Below, piece after piece: positions 17,298 through 28,600 of a DNA stretch of 64,000 nt. The notes under the pieces are model-generated. The model saw only the letters and a list, made by a program, of their open reading frames with translations, did not search any database and was not told the DNA's origin. Source of the stretch: an uncultured virus (IMG/VR IMGVR_UViG_2806310790_000002) (taxonomy: Duplodnaviria > Heunggongvirae > Uroviricota > Caudoviricetes). The stretch lies in the IMG/VR virus record IMGVR_UViG_2806310790_000002. The stretch is one strand, 5' to 3'. The stretch's first letter is position 1; the number at the start of each line of letters is the position of its first letter. The translations under genes and the position numbers were made by a program.

Positions 17298-20200
17298 TTA
17301 CCAAAGGTTTGAATTATTACCTATTATCACCATATCCCATGCGAAGTCCGCTTCGGTCCTTCCATACCGAACTCGAAATGCAAATTCGTTAGCATTGCTC
17401 CACCTAATGGTGGCACCGGCCCATGTATCCCAAGTATCTTCTCGAGCCGTAATCATCACATAGTAGTCATTGGTGCCTAGATTATGCGTTATAATCCACC
17501 TACCAGTTCCTTCTTTGCGTGCACTTAGTGGGGCTCCTTGTGACCAATATCCGAAACTAGATCCATTAGAAGTACCAGCCGCCAATACTCCAGGGGCGTT
17601 CCAACGTTCTCCTTTACGGCATTTAAAAAAATGTGCACCCGCGCTTTCAATCGCAGCCCTAGCATTGTTGTTTGCTAAAATACTCAACGTAGGCATACCT
17701 CCACCTCCACTAAGAACCACGGCTGCTCCAGTATCGTTTCGAATATTAAGAAGCTCATTTACTGGAGCTGAATCTCCATATTCATTTATCCTAAGAAATC
17801 GGGTCCCACTATCAACACCAACACCAATATATCCAGAACTTAAAGTAATTAAGTTATCTCCTTCAACTGTAAATCCCCCAATCTTCGCTCCCGTAGTAAC
17901 CACTAGATTCTCCGTATTGATATTCTTTGCATCAATCATCGGAACACCGTCAACCTCTTTAAATAGAGCTATATCTTTACCTGTATTAGTGCGGATTAGA
18001 GTACTATTAGCAGTCAATATCAATTGACCGTTGGCAGTATTTATTCCACCATCAGGAGTTAATTCAAAACCTGTCTGGTTATGCTTGATACCTCCTTCAG
18101 TTATCATCCAACCCTCTGTCTTCTCCAGATTACCCACAAATATCCCCGAAGTACCGAGGACATCAATAGTTGCGTTCTGAGCCAAAAGGACGTTGGTAGC
18201 TACGTTTTCAAAATCGTGGAAATCTTCCCATTTCGTTGAATCGAAAGAAGAGGTAGACGTATGAGTTGTCTTACATAACCAATTTAAGCCGTCGTATATT
18301 ACAACATCTACAAATGCATCATTATGATAATACTCAGTATTTTTATCCCATTTACCTCGTGGACGAATCATAGCACCGGGTAATCCTGTTTGTCCTTGGC
18401 TTCCAGTGATGCAAGCCGGATCGCTTTCCCATGTAGAATTATCTGTATAAGTGACCTTGGTCTTAGACCATAAGTATTTGCCGTTTTGCCACGTGGGAGA
18501 AGTGCTAGACCAAGAGCCACCAACCAAAGAACTGGAAGAAGTAGAAAGGTAGTATAAGACATCAACTGCTTTCACTCCTTTGCCGTCATTACCGCTAGGT
18601 CCCTTTCCGCCTGTCACACATACGGGGGTAGTTTCCGTATAAGAATTGTCTGTATAAGTTATAATGGAACGTGTCCAAATATATTTACCGTCCTTCCATG
18701 CCGGAACAGTAGTAGACCATGAGCCACCCGTAGTGGTACTATATGATGTAGACAAATAGTATTGCTCGGAAACACTCTTAACGCCAATTCCCGTAGCCCC
18801 CTTACCACCCGTAACACATATCGGATCGGTTGTCGTTGATGCACTATCTGTATATGTTATTACTGACCTAGTCCAGATATATTTCCCATTTTCCCATGTC
18901 GGAGGTGTTGTACTCCAAGAGCCACCAACCAAGGAATTAGAAGAAGTAGATAGATAATACTCTTCGACAATGCTTGAGACTCCCCTACCATTATCTCCAG
19001 TACTGCCTTTACCTCCGGTGATACAAGCCGGATTGGTTTCAATAGACGAACCGTCTGTATAGACCACTTTGGTTTTACTCCAAATGTATTTCCCATCTAC
19101 CCAAGTTGGTGAGTTCGTAGACCATGAACCACCGGAAAGGGAGGTTGAAGAACTGGAAAGATAATAAAGAACATCAACGCTCTGTACACCTTTACCGTCT
19201 TTTCCTGCTTCGCCCTTGATTTTAGACCAAGTATAATCGGCAAACACATTGCTATCTGCCTGTACAAAATCTACATATACACCCATGTATACACCGGGAG
19301 TCTCACCATTATTAGCGGTGAAGGTTTTCCCGTCATCAGAGTATTTGATGTGAAGGTAGCTGGTCTTCCCATTTTCTCCATTTGTACCAGGTATGCCATC
19401 ACCTCCTTCAAATTTAGTCCATGTATACTTAGAAGGATCGCTGCTACTTGCTTGAACAAAGTCAACATAAGTACCAATATATTTATTGGGGGTATCAGTC
19501 ATTTGAGAAGCCGTAGGATTCTGGACGGGAGAATACTTGATATGAAAATATGAAGTTTTTCCGTCAGCACCATCTTTCCCGGGTATTCCATCCTTTCCGG
19601 GCGCTCCTTGTGAGCCTGTATCCCCTTTAGATATAGCTTTCAACCAGTCCGTAGAAGAATCTGACGGTTCCTGCGTAGTAGTAGACTCAATACATATCCA
19701 TGTACTGCCGTTATGAGTCACTTCATCGTAGTACCAATACGTACCAGACTTCCATTTACCCTTGAATACCGGAACGGGAGCCTCAGTCACACCGTCACTG
19801 GATATCTGCCTGATAGTTCCGGTCATATATACTCTATTGAGATATGCGCTATGACCGGACATATCAATGCCAAACAGCTTCAGGTTAGATAAGTCACCCA
19901 ACTGCATGGCTATCATTTCCTTCGTTATTTCCCAGTTATTAACACCCTTAAGGAAGCGAATGTAATTCTGTGTAGAGTAACATGACTTTTGGCGCTCAGC
20001 GTTAGTGAAATTACCGTATGCAACAAAATGCATCGCCTTACAAGGATTAAAAGTATATCCACTACGGAGGACGTATTTAAAGGAAGCGTTGTCTATCTTT
20101 TCTGTAATCCGAAAATACGCAGTCTGGAAACCGGTATCGTTATTGAATACTCCCTTACAGATATCATCAATCTCTACTTGTGATACCTCCCCGGGTTCCA

Positions 20201-20816
20201 GCTTTAAATGAACGGTCTTGTTCGCTACATCTACTGATTCAATGATACCACCGCCGGGAGCATTCCATTCTTCACCGGATACAATAGACACACGGTTATA
20301 CCGCAACTCCGGTACTTCCAAGAAATCACGCAGCCGCAAAGACTTTGCGTCAATATGGCCTTCGGGAGTAATCAGCCAGCCTAGGAGGTTCTGCACGTAG
20401 TCTTTTGATGATATTTCCTTTGAGAAAGTTGCGTCTTCAGCTATCAATTTCTGAATAACAGCCTTGATCTTAACATTAATACCGGCAAGGAAAGTTATCA
20501 ACCCTCTAGCTTCATCATCCTCTATCTTGCTAAGATATTTGTTCCCGGATTCTTCTTCCGTAATAATCGGAGATAATCGATAATGCTTTCTACCATCTTC
20601 TTCAGATATAGTATCATCCTTCACCAGTTTATACACGCCTTCGCCTTTTTCGACAGAAATAATCTGACCGGCATACGGGAAATACTCTTCCGCGTCCGTA
20701 TTGCGGGCATACGATGTCGCATCCTCCAATGTCTTGAAGGTTTCAGTGGAATCAATAGGTCTTCCCGTTGTTCTTTTATATTGTAATGCAAAACTACTTC
20801 CGTTTATCTTCACCAT
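17298..20816 (-). CDS. Tail fibre / host-specificity protein with collagen-like linkers and tandem repeats; likely start MVKING
   Basis: G-x-x triplets, duplicated TSY(F/L)HIKYS...YTW modules, four 66-69-aa repeats, CBM-like GxW..YY.D.V..nG.tW.C modules. Confidence 0.85.
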   Translation of the reverse strand: MVKINGSSFALQYKRTTGRPIDSTETFKTLEDATSYARNTDAEEYFPYAGQIISVEKGEGVYKLVKDDTISEEDGRKHYRLSPIITEEESGNKYLSKIEDDEARGLITFLAGINVKIKAVIQKLIAEDATFSKEISSKDYVQNLLGWLITPEGHIDAKSLRLRDFLEVPELRYNRVSIVSGEEWNAPGGGIIESVDVANKTVHLKLEPGEVSQVEIDDICKGVFNNDTGFQTAYFRITEKIDNASFKYVLRSGYTFNPCKAMHFVAYGNFTNAERQKSCYSTQNYIRFLKGVNNWEITKEMIAMQLGDLSNLKLFGIDMSGHSAYLNRVYMTGTIRQISSDGVTEAPVPVFKGKWKSGTYWYYDEVTHNGSTWICIESTTTQEPSDSSTDWLKAISKGDTGSQGAPGKDGIPGKDGADGKTSYFHIKYSPVQNPTASQMTDTPNKYIGTYVDFVQASSSDPSKYTWTKFEGGDGIPGTNGENGKTSYLHIKYSDDGKTFTANNGETPGVYMGVYVDFVQADSNVFADYTWSKIKGEAGKDGKGVQSVDVLYYLSSSSTSLSGGSWSTNSPTWVDGKYIWSKTKVVYTDGSSIETNPACITGGKGSTGDNGRGVSSIVEEYYLSTSSNSLVGGSWSTTPPTWENGKYIWTRSVITYTDSASTTTDPICVTGGKGATGIGVKSVSEQYYLSTSYSTTTGGSWSTTVPAWKDGKYIWTRSIITYTDNSYTETTPVCVTGGKGPSGNDGKGVKAVDVLYYLSTSSSSLVGGSWSSTSPTWQNGKYLWSKTKVTYTDNSTWESDPACITGSQGQTGLPGAMIRPRGKWDKNTEYYHNDAFVDVVIYDGLNWLCKTTHTSTSSFDSTKWEDFHDFENVATNVLLAQNATIDVLGTSGIFVGNLEKTEGWMITEGGIKHNQTGFELTPDGGINTANGQLILTANSTLIRTNTGKDIALFKEVDGVPMIDAKNINTENLVVTTGAKIGGFTVEGDNLITLSSGYIGVGVDSGTRFLRINEYGDSAPVNELLNIRNDTGAAVVLSGGGGMPTLSILANNNARAAIESAGAHFFKCRKGERWNAPGVLAAGTSNGSSFGYWSQGAPLSARKEGTGRWIITHNLGTNDYYVMITAREDTWDTWAGATIRWSNANEFAFRVRYGRTEADFAWDMVIIGNNSNLW
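18400..19196 (-). repeat. Four tandem in-frame repeats (198-207 bp) within the tail fibre gene
   Basis: GxGV.SV...YYLSTS...GGSWST..PTW..GKYIW.....YTD......P.C.TG repeated four times. Confidence 0.9.
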
Positions 20817-20820
20817 AATC

Positions 20821-23800
20821 TTATGCAGTTTTAAAAGTGAAAGTATCAGGGTCATTCAATCCGGGTGTCTGAATAACCCACATCTTATAACTAATAGCGG
20901 CACTTCCATTGGCTCCTTCTACGGAAATATCCACCGGACCGGTAGTAATACCCGTATCTTCTATGAAGTTACCCGGGTAAGCTGTCAATGTCAATTCCTT
21001 GATCACATCTGCTGGAATACACACAGCAATCGTTTTCCATTTATCTACAGAGAACTTATATGTGCCTGGACCCTTATAAAGTCCACTTGTTCCTAATGCA
21101 CGTACTTCAGCAGAAGTGACGGGAACAGAAGAACATATGCCGGCAAACCATTTACGGCGAACATTTACACTGATTGTATCTCTAAGTTCTTGTCTTGGCA
21201 ATGACCCATCCTCACTAGCAGCATATACAATCATTGCTTCATAGGTTTCACTACGAGTATATATACCCTCCAACTGTCTGACAGCAGTTTGGATACCTCC
21301 AACTTCTTCTGAGAAGTTCAGTTTATTATTAGGGTTGCCGTCGTAATACGCAGACTCCATAGGTCCCTGACCGTTCCTTGATGCAGTATACGTGATGTAA
21401 CCTTTGTCTGTACCGAACTCAACATCATTGGGAGTTGATATTTTGCTTTTCAATTCTCCTACTGATTTTTGAGATAACATTCGAATAAATGCATCTACTA
21501 CCGTAGTTCCTTCTAGAATGACATCACCGGCCTTAAAATATCCGGCCTTATCGACGGTAACTTCTACATTTTTTGTGAACTTGGCAGTTATTTCACCTGT
21601 ATCGGTAGATGTCCCTCCACTACTGATTACTTGTTGCTTAATCTTTTCTTTACGATAAGTAATAGAATCAATTTTATTTTCCAGATCCCCCAACTTAGAG
21701 TAAGGAGCAGTCTCACCGACAGTATATATCAAGGAATCATACGGAATATCCAAGGGGTATTCATAACCAATTATCCGTGATATTCTTCCGTCCTCAAAAT
21801 ATGCCTTATTGATCAGATTCACTTTTTGTCCGATGGAAAACCGCTTAGAAAATGCGGGGTCATACATGCCAGTATCAGGGTCAATACCATAGACATAGTC
21901 CGGCATCATCGTAGTGTCGTAAGTAGAAGGGTCCTGCTTTAATTCATTGATATACTCCCTTGCTCTTTTTTCAACTTCTTTCTCTGCGTCAGGAATAAGC
22001 TTATCGGATATAAACTGAGGATCATATCCGTAAAGGATATATGCATCGCCACTGGTAGGATGCAATATTTCATCCGGAAGCATACGCCCATAATCATCGT
22101 TGCGCTTTACTTCATATACCTGCGCTTTGGGATTCCACGTCCCGTCTTCAAGAAGTTCAGACTGATATATGTCAGATGAGGGGTCATAGGGGTTAAATAT
22201 GACTTCAAAATCCATACCGGCTAAAGGACCGGATTGAAATATAACACGCAATTCCTCTCCGGGTAATTGATAACTTTTTGAGAAATGAAACCCTAGGTCC
22301 GCATCTTTAAATCGCCACGCGGTCCATTTTTCTTCATCCTTACTACCATCTGGTTTCTCTGTTATATCAGTATATGAATGCGTATATACATCCCCTACTC
22401 CACCTACACGACTTGGATAAATATCGTCAAAAACAACAATCTGTTCAATTGCTTCCTCTGTATACATGTCGGGGTATGCGTCAATGTATGGAACCCCTTC
22501 CGGCATCATCAAGCGTTTGGTTACAATCCCTTCAACGGTCAACAGATCCTTATCGTCAGAAAAATAACTTATAGGGACCTGACTTTTTATTATATTGTTG
22601 ATAGTATACCGATTACCAATGGAAGCTGTGACCCCTTCCGGCAAACGTATAACATTGGAGTCATCACCCGTTAACAGATCAGGGTTATAAGTAGCCGAAA
22701 AAGTTTTTTCCGAATTGGTACCGGAGAGAAAGGTTACAGATACGTCTGCCGATGCAGATAGGCACTCTATTTTGACATTCTTTTCTCCTGCCCGTCCGAT
22801 AGTGTATATCACCGTTTTTCCTGGATGATTCAGAGTAAAGCTGAATGTAAACAAGAGCTTGCAATTATCGGCCTTTTCAGAAAGAGAGAAATCGGTGTCG
22901 CTAAATCCAATAGTAAGACTTGAGACTGAATCATTCAAAGCTTTCTCTTGAATATCCAGTACTTTCTCTACGCCCCTGACATGGTAAACTAATGATAATT
23001 TTGCCTTAAAGTTTTCAATATTTGATGTGAATCGAGTGCTAAAGTATAGCGTCATTGAATTGAATGATATACGATATTTGCTTGCCGGCATAGAAGAAGC
23101 AAAAACATCTGTCGTAACTTTATAGGCACTCTGCTCCCCTTCCATTTCTCCCTCTTTGAAAACATTCATGTTGATAGGAGATATCCCTGTATGGGAAGAT
23201 GAAGGGAAAAATTTTATATTTAGAGGCCTTGAAGTATCGGAAATATCTCTTCCTGTAACATTTTTAACATCAAATATCAAATTCTTCCGGTAAGTAGAAG
23301 GAATGTTTCGTGTAGAACCAAAAGCATATACTCTAGTAGCGTAGGAAGTCTGGCTATCGCTTCGATTCATAGAACCGACATTAACTCCAATCTCAAAGTT
23401 AACAGGATCACCATGTTCACAACGACCAAAATGGATCACCCCTTTCTCTACCCACCATTCGCATTCAAAAGTCTCCGCCATCTGAGATAGGGCGTCTAAC
23501 ATATTCATGTTATTATATGAAATCAGTTTGGATGATTCATCAACAGAAGCATCAATCTCATAAGTAAATGCTTTATCTTTATACTTATATCCTAAGACCT
23601 CCAGATTCTTTAGAAATACATCCATGTGGACATTTAAGGTATCAGTCAAATTCCAACTAGCCTCTTTACCGCCACTCTGTGGAGTATAGAAGAATTTCTT
23701 ATTCTTCCATTTCCAGTAATAAGCGTCAAGGCGGAGTTCGTAGTCATAGCCTCCGGTAGTAGTATTATAGGTAGGTTTATACAGGTCTACTACTTCAAAT

Positions 23801-23970
23801 ATTCCCAACTCATTGTCTATGTAGTCCCCTAACTTGAAATAGATAGGACTGGCAAGGGAAAACTTTAGAGTTACATAATCTTCCTGCATCAAAAGGAAGT
23901 GTCTTTTCGAACCCTCATTGATAGGAGTCGAAAAACGAATGTTGCCGGATATGTCTTTGATGTCTATCAT
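20821..23970 (-). CDS. Baseplate hub / tail tip protein
   Basis: 1049 aa after the distal tail gene; ATRVYAFGSTRN and DDIYP motifs typical of Bacteroides siphophage hub proteins. Confidence 0.75.
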   Translation of the reverse strand: MIDIKDISGNIRFSTPINEGSKRHFLLMQEDYVTLKFSLASPIYFKLGDYIDNELGIFEVVDLYKPTYNTTTGGYDYELRLDAYYWKWKNKKFFYTPQSGGKEASWNLTDTLNVHMDVFLKNLEVLGYKYKDKAFTYEIDASVDESSKLISYNNMNMLDALSQMAETFECEWWVEKGVIHFGRCEHGDPVNFEIGVNVGSMNRSDSQTSYATRVYAFGSTRNIPSTYRKNLIFDVKNVTGRDISDTSRPLNIKFFPSSSHTGISPINMNVFKEGEMEGEQSAYKVTTDVFASSMPASKYRISFNSMTLYFSTRFTSNIENFKAKLSLVYHVRGVEKVLDIQEKALNDSVSSLTIGFSDTDFSLSEKADNCKLLFTFSFTLNHPGKTVIYTIGRAGEKNVKIECLSASADVSVTFLSGTNSEKTFSATYNPDLLTGDDSNVIRLPEGVTASIGNRYTINNIIKSQVPISYFSDDKDLLTVEGIVTKRLMMPEGVPYIDAYPDMYTEEAIEQIVVFDDIYPSRVGGVGDVYTHSYTDITEKPDGSKDEEKWTAWRFKDADLGFHFSKSYQLPGEELRVIFQSGPLAGMDFEVIFNPYDPSSDIYQSELLEDGTWNPKAQVYEVKRNDDYGRMLPDEILHPTSGDAYILYGYDPQFISDKLIPDAEKEVEKRAREYINELKQDPSTYDTTMMPDYVYGIDPDTGMYDPAFSKRFSIGQKVNLINKAYFEDGRISRIIGYEYPLDIPYDSLIYTVGETAPYSKLGDLENKIDSITYRKEKIKQQVISSGGTSTDTGEITAKFTKNVEVTVDKAGYFKAGDVILEGTTVVDAFIRMLSQKSVGELKSKISTPNDVEFGTDKGYITYTASRNGQGPMESAYYDGNPNNKLNFSEEVGGIQTAVRQLEGIYTRSETYEAMIVYAASEDGSLPRQELRDTISVNVRRKWFAGICSSVPVTSAEVRALGTSGLYKGPGTYKFSVDKWKTIAVCIPADVIKELTLTAYPGNFIEDTGITTGPVDISVEGANGSAAISYKMWVIQTPGLNDPDTFTFKTA

Positions 23971-24002
23971 AAGTTTCGTATACCTTCATACGATGTTTGT
24001 TG

Positions 24003-24039
24003 CAAAGATAATAAAAGTGACATAAAAAGTGCCACTTTT
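24003..24039 (-). promoter_or_regulatory. Promoter -7 box TATCTTTG plus palindromic operator (copy 1)
   Basis: aaaagtgac-N9-gccactttt, 2 nt from the -7 box. Confidence 0.75.
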
Positions 24040-24043
24040 ATTG

Positions 24044-24469
24044 TTAAATAGTACGATTTTCCGGTGAGGGATTATATTCAACCAATTTAAGTGAAAATTT
24101 AGCTATACCTCTCATAAACTGAGTGAACTGATTACATGAAAGATATTCTGTACGATACATAATATCAGGTTGGTACTTTGTTCTAATATTCAATATACCG
24201 GTAGCGAGTTCTTTACAGAAATTGTTGTATTTCTCGAAAAATTCATCTTCATCTTTAGCCGTGAGATGAATAGTCAAAATAAGATTCCGTTCATCTATTT
24301 TAGGATTAGAAGTTATTATACGTTTCCCATGTTCTAATCTTGACTTATTCTCTATGAACTCCTTATTAGGTGAGGGAGTCATCAATGCTGATAGAGAAGA
24401 CGTATCCATGCTGATTCCCCAGTTATCATAGGCATCTTTGTTGTTTATAAAAAGTTCACCTTTGGGCAT
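24044..24469 (-). CDS. Distal tail protein (Dit-like)
   Basis: Follows tape measure; LFINNKDAYDNWG...KLVEYNP pattern. Confidence 0.7.
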   Translation of the reverse strand: MPKGELFINNKDAYDNWGISMDTSSLSALMTPSPNKEFIENKSRLEHGKRIITSNPKIDERNLILTIHLTAKDEDEFFEKYNNFCKELATGILNIRTKYQPDIMYRTEYLSCNQFTQFMRGIAKFSLKLVEYNPSPENRTI

Positions 24470-24496
24470 ATTTCTATATTTTTATAAGATTCAATA

Positions 24497-27400
24497 TTAA
24501 CGTGTTGATAAACCTTTGGTATTGGCCCTAACCTCCGAAATATCTGTTTTTATATCATTCAACAACTTAGTATATTTTGCAATATCATCTAAGTAGTTGT
24601 TGGTAATAACGTGTTGATTTAAAATGTTATTTAGGATTTCATTACCAGATGATGAGATTCCAATAAGGGAATTAATGCCAACTACAGCAGATATCATTTG
24701 ATTCTTGATTTCTTCACCGGCGATCTGAAGAGCAGTGAAGCGACCGGACACCTCATCTATAGAATCTTGGGTGACCGATGCGGATACTTTCTTTGACGAT
24801 TCCTGAGAAGTAACAGAAGCATCCCAACCGAAAGACTTAGCCATTTCTTCACGGTCACGCATCATATCATTGACAATCTGCTGATATTGATTTTTCAATG
24901 CATTTGCTTCTTCTTCTGTTATTTTCTTATCGCTTTGGGCAGCATCACTCCATTGTTCATAAAGAGCATTTATACGGTCTTGATACTGGCTAGCAACTAG
25001 CCCCGCCATGATTGACTTACGTAAATATCCCTCAAAGTTATCACACATATCTTCAAAAGAAGTATCCATATCGGATAACTGATCAATAAACCCATTGTAG
25101 AAGGAATCAAAATCAACCCCTGTCATGGCTTGATTAAGAGCATCCCTCAGTTCATTCGCTTCATCTTTACAGGCTACGATGCTATCCAAATTTTCACGGA
25201 TTCTGGCATCAATCAAGCTCCATGCTTCCGGCATTTGGGACTGAATAAGGAACAATTCATCTCCTGACAAACTATACAAGTCTGTCATGGAGCTTATTGA
25301 TTTACCTAGGATGTCGCTCATCTGCTCAAAACCACCTATTGCACCAACATTTTTGTTAGAATGCCATTCCGCACTATGAGACTTCCAACTTGCACCGGCA
25401 CGCCCTGAAGCTGCGGCAATCTTTTGGAGATTGATTACTTTCTTCTCGTAATTATCCATGGCTCGTGTAGCTGCTTGAACAGATGCAAATCCACCACCGA
25501 AAACTATATCTTCCTTGCTTTTGTCAATAATACGATCATAGACCTTATTTATTGCTTCAAGCTGTTCCTTTACTCCTTCATAATAAGCGGTACCGTCCGG
25601 CCCGAACAAATTACCCATTGCATTGACAAGCTGAGAGACTCCACTTACAGCACTCATGATACCTCCGGCAATATCTCCAGACATTATTTGTCCTACTCCT
25701 ACTGCCGTTTGCCCAAGACCGGAAAGACCGTCAATAACGTTATTTATTTCATCGTTCAAATCTTCTCCAAATATGGAAGATATATCACTCCCAAACTGTT
25801 TGATAGCAGGAGAAAACTCTGTTATAGCTCCCCCTATAGTTGATATGCCCTGGCCGAGCTTCCTTGTATCACCATTAGCATTCTTTATATCATCGATTCC
25901 TTTTTTCATATCCGAGAAAAAAGATAACCAAGGGGATTTACCTTTAACTTCTTCTTTTAGCCTTTTTATGGCATCCGTTATATCCTTGATATTGATTGTC
26001 CCATTCTCAAGATTTGCGATATCCTTGTCTGTGAAACCTACTGATTTTAAATTGATAAGAGATACTGACTCATCCGTTCCAGACATATACTTGATTAACA
26101 ATTCATACTTATCAATAATATCTTGAATAGATGATACACTCTTTTCACTTGCATCTTCAAACAAATCAGCCATGACATGAGTAGATTTCCCGAACTGTTC
26201 GTCCAGCTGATCTATTGCTTGATTCTTCTCAGCAATTTTAGTAGCTCTTTCAGCACTATGTTCTTCCAATTTAGCTATTTCATCATCATACTTCTGAATA
26301 AGATTCTTCCGTTTCTCTTGATAATTACCAAATTGGATAAAATATTCCTGCCATGCTTTTTTATCAGCCTCTAATCTTTCATTATTAGTACTTGTTATAC
26401 CTTTTTCTCTATTTCTTGCAGCGTTAGAAGCCCATATTCCCAGTTGATTAGTTTGCTCATCTGTCAATCTTCCGCTTTGAGACGACTCCCAACTAGCTTT
26501 CTGTTTCTTAATGGCATCTATTTCCTTCTGGTAATCCAAATCGATTTGTTTCAACTTCCTTTCCGTACCTTCTTTCATAAGATCTATTTCGGCCTGTTGG
26601 TTTTGGCGGCGGATAGCAAGAAGTTCCTCATTGAGCCTCTCTTGTTCTTTCTTACGTTTATCTGCTTCTTTTTGAGAATTAGAAAGAGATTTATTTGTTT
26701 TAGGATCTGAGTACTTATCAATTTGCGCTTGCGCTTCCTGAATTTGCTTGGTATATCTATTCCATTCTTCTGAATTTTCTTTAGAAGAGTCTAAAGCTGC
26801 ACGGGCATCTTCGGCTTCCTTTTTTCTTTCTTCCCAATATTTTTTATTATATACTACTGGCTTTTCAGATTCTTTTTTAGCCTGCTCATCAGCTTTTTCA
26901 AAGTCTTCTAAAGCCTTTGTGTAAATCTCGAGTTCTTTTTTAGCGGCGTCTAAATCTTCTTTTAGTGCGCCTGTATACCCCCCTCTATTAGTAGTTCTTA
27001 TTATGCTATTTTCTAAACCTTGTATTTTTTGCTGAGACATCACAACTTTAGTTTTTAAGCCAATACGTTGTTGCCGCAACAGTTCGTCTGCCTCTAGCCT
27101 AATTAACTCTGCATTTGTTTTTCTTTTTGCTGTTTCCCAATCCATATTCTGGAATATTTCAGGCATCAAACGTTGCAATTGGCGATAGGCAATAAAACGT
27201 TCTTCTATGGATTTGGATTCGTTACTTAGAATATTAGACAATTCTCCTGCTTTATTTTTCAGTTCATCATAATGATTTTTTTGAGATTCAAGAGAATCAT
27301 TTGTTTCACGTATTGCTCGTTCTATTTCACTTTCTGCTGTTGCTAATTTATATGCACCATAAACTAATCCTGTTATAGCGGCTGCGGCTAGTACATACGG

Positions 27401-28414
27401 ATTTTTCAACATTGACAAGTTTAAAGCGTCTTGAGCCTTTTTGGTTAAGACTAACCAACCATAGTGAACTGCCTCTTTGGCTGTCAAGGCTGTTATACCA
27501 GACGCTTGTATAGCTTGTAAAGCGCTAGTTGCCATTAAAGCAGTGCGATATACTCCATAGGTCCCTACTATTTCTAATAATATTTGTCCCACTTTCTCAT
27601 AGTTTTCAACAAGATAGGAAACTCCAGATAAAGCATCATTAATAATACCTTCATTAGCTTTCCCTATTTCATTAAACATGGCAGAAATTGCGTCCTCTAT
27701 ATTGGAAATCTGACCAGTTATTGTTTTGGACTGTTCCTGCATCAGATTATAGAACATTCCCCCTTCATTGGTAAGGGACATGATAACCTTCTGAACTTCC
27801 GGGAAACCAACCTTACCAGCTTCAACAAGGGATTTAACTTCATTTTCTGCAACACCGAACTGTTTCGCCAGTTCCCGAATCATAGGAATACCACGTCCTG
27901 TGAACTGATTAAGATCTTGTGTATATAAACGCCCCTGCGTCATGGTAGTACCATAGAGATAAACAATGTCTCCAAGAGGTTGAGACAAACCAGCCGCAAT
28001 ATTTCCTAAACGTATCAAATCATCGTTTATGTTTTCAACATTTTCTCCATAAGCAAGAAGTTGCTTAGCTCCATTAGCGACTCCCTGTAAATCAAATGGT
28101 GTAGTAGCGGCTGTCTTTACTAGCTGTTGCATAAGTGCATTCGCTTTATCTTCACTACCAAGCATTGTTTTAAATGCGACCTCCAACTGTTGGAACTCAC
28201 CACGAACCCTTGCGATATTCGTAATTAATTCCTTTGCTGTAAATCCAGCTCCAAAAGCGGCAGCAGCTTTAGTCATACGATTAAACAAATCTTCAATGCC
28301 TAGCCCGCTTTGTTCTATTTGTTTGGAAGTATTTCTTACTCCATTTTCGCACTCATGAAGTTTACGTATAAAATTGGAGTTGTCACCAGTTATATCGAAG
28401 TGTAATCCAGCCAT
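24497..28414 (-). CDS. Tape measure protein
   Basis: 1305 aa; tape-measure domain AATTPFDLQGVANGAKQLLAYG..DLNQFTGRGIP; long helical regions. Confidence 0.92.
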   Translation of the reverse strand: MAGLHFDITGDNSNFIRKLHECENGVRNTSKQIEQSGLGIEDLFNRMTKAAAAFGAGFTAKELITNIARVRGEFQQLEVAFKTMLGSEDKANALMQQLVKTAATTPFDLQGVANGAKQLLAYGENVENINDDLIRLGNIAAGLSQPLGDIVYLYGTTMTQGRLYTQDLNQFTGRGIPMIRELAKQFGVAENEVKSLVEAGKVGFPEVQKVIMSLTNEGGMFYNLMQEQSKTITGQISNIEDAISAMFNEIGKANEGIINDALSGVSYLVENYEKVGQILLEIVGTYGVYRTALMATSALQAIQASGITALTAKEAVHYGWLVLTKKAQDALNLSMLKNPYVLAAAAITGLVYGAYKLATAESEIERAIRETNDSLESQKNHYDELKNKAGELSNILSNESKSIEERFIAYRQLQRLMPEIFQNMDWETAKRKTNAELIRLEADELLRQQRIGLKTKVVMSQQKIQGLENSIIRTTNRGGYTGALKEDLDAAKKELEIYTKALEDFEKADEQAKKESEKPVVYNKKYWEERKKEAEDARAALDSSKENSEEWNRYTKQIQEAQAQIDKYSDPKTNKSLSNSQKEADKRKKEQERLNEELLAIRRQNQQAEIDLMKEGTERKLKQIDLDYQKEIDAIKKQKASWESSQSGRLTDEQTNQLGIWASNAARNREKGITSTNNERLEADKKAWQEYFIQFGNYQEKRKNLIQKYDDEIAKLEEHSAERATKIAEKNQAIDQLDEQFGKSTHVMADLFEDASEKSVSSIQDIIDKYELLIKYMSGTDESVSLINLKSVGFTDKDIANLENGTINIKDITDAIKRLKEEVKGKSPWLSFFSDMKKGIDDIKNANGDTRKLGQGISTIGGAITEFSPAIKQFGSDISSIFGEDLNDEINNVIDGLSGLGQTAVGVGQIMSGDIAGGIMSAVSGVSQLVNAMGNLFGPDGTAYYEGVKEQLEAINKVYDRIIDKSKEDIVFGGGFASVQAATRAMDNYEKKVINLQKIAAASGRAGASWKSHSAEWHSNKNVGAIGGFEQMSDILGKSISSMTDLYSLSGDELFLIQSQMPEAWSLIDARIRENLDSIVACKDEANELRDALNQAMTGVDFDSFYNGFIDQLSDMDTSFEDMCDNFEGYLRKSIMAGLVASQYQDRINALYEQWSDAAQSDKKITEEEANALKNQYQQIVNDMMRDREEMAKSFGWDASVTSQESSKKVSASVTQDSIDEVSGRFTALQIAGEEIKNQMISAVVGINSLIGISSSGNEILNNILNQHVITNNYLDDIAKYTKLLNDIKTDISEVRANTKGLSTR

Positions 28415-28460
28415 AAGTCTTTTCGATAGAAATAGTTCCGTGCAACATCACACGGCATTG

Positions 28461-28497
28461 CAAATATACAAAAAATGACGTTCTTAATGCCACTTTT
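28461..28497 (-). promoter_or_regulatory. Promoter -7 box TATATTTG plus palindromic operator (copy 2)
   Basis: aaaaatgac-N9-gccactttt upstream of the tape measure gene. Confidence 0.7.
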
Positions 28498-28600
28498 ACA
28501 TTTAAAACATCCTTAAAAGTTTATTTCTTTATATTTAATTTTGTTTGTATTGATGTATAAAGTATATTTGTACATATATATAAATACACAACTTAGAGCA

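Noticed and set aside
15167..20816. Diversity-generating retroelement or invertible shufflon acting on tail fibres
   Set aside because: No reverse transcriptase or invertase in the window; no template/variable repeat pair or inverted cassette seen by eye
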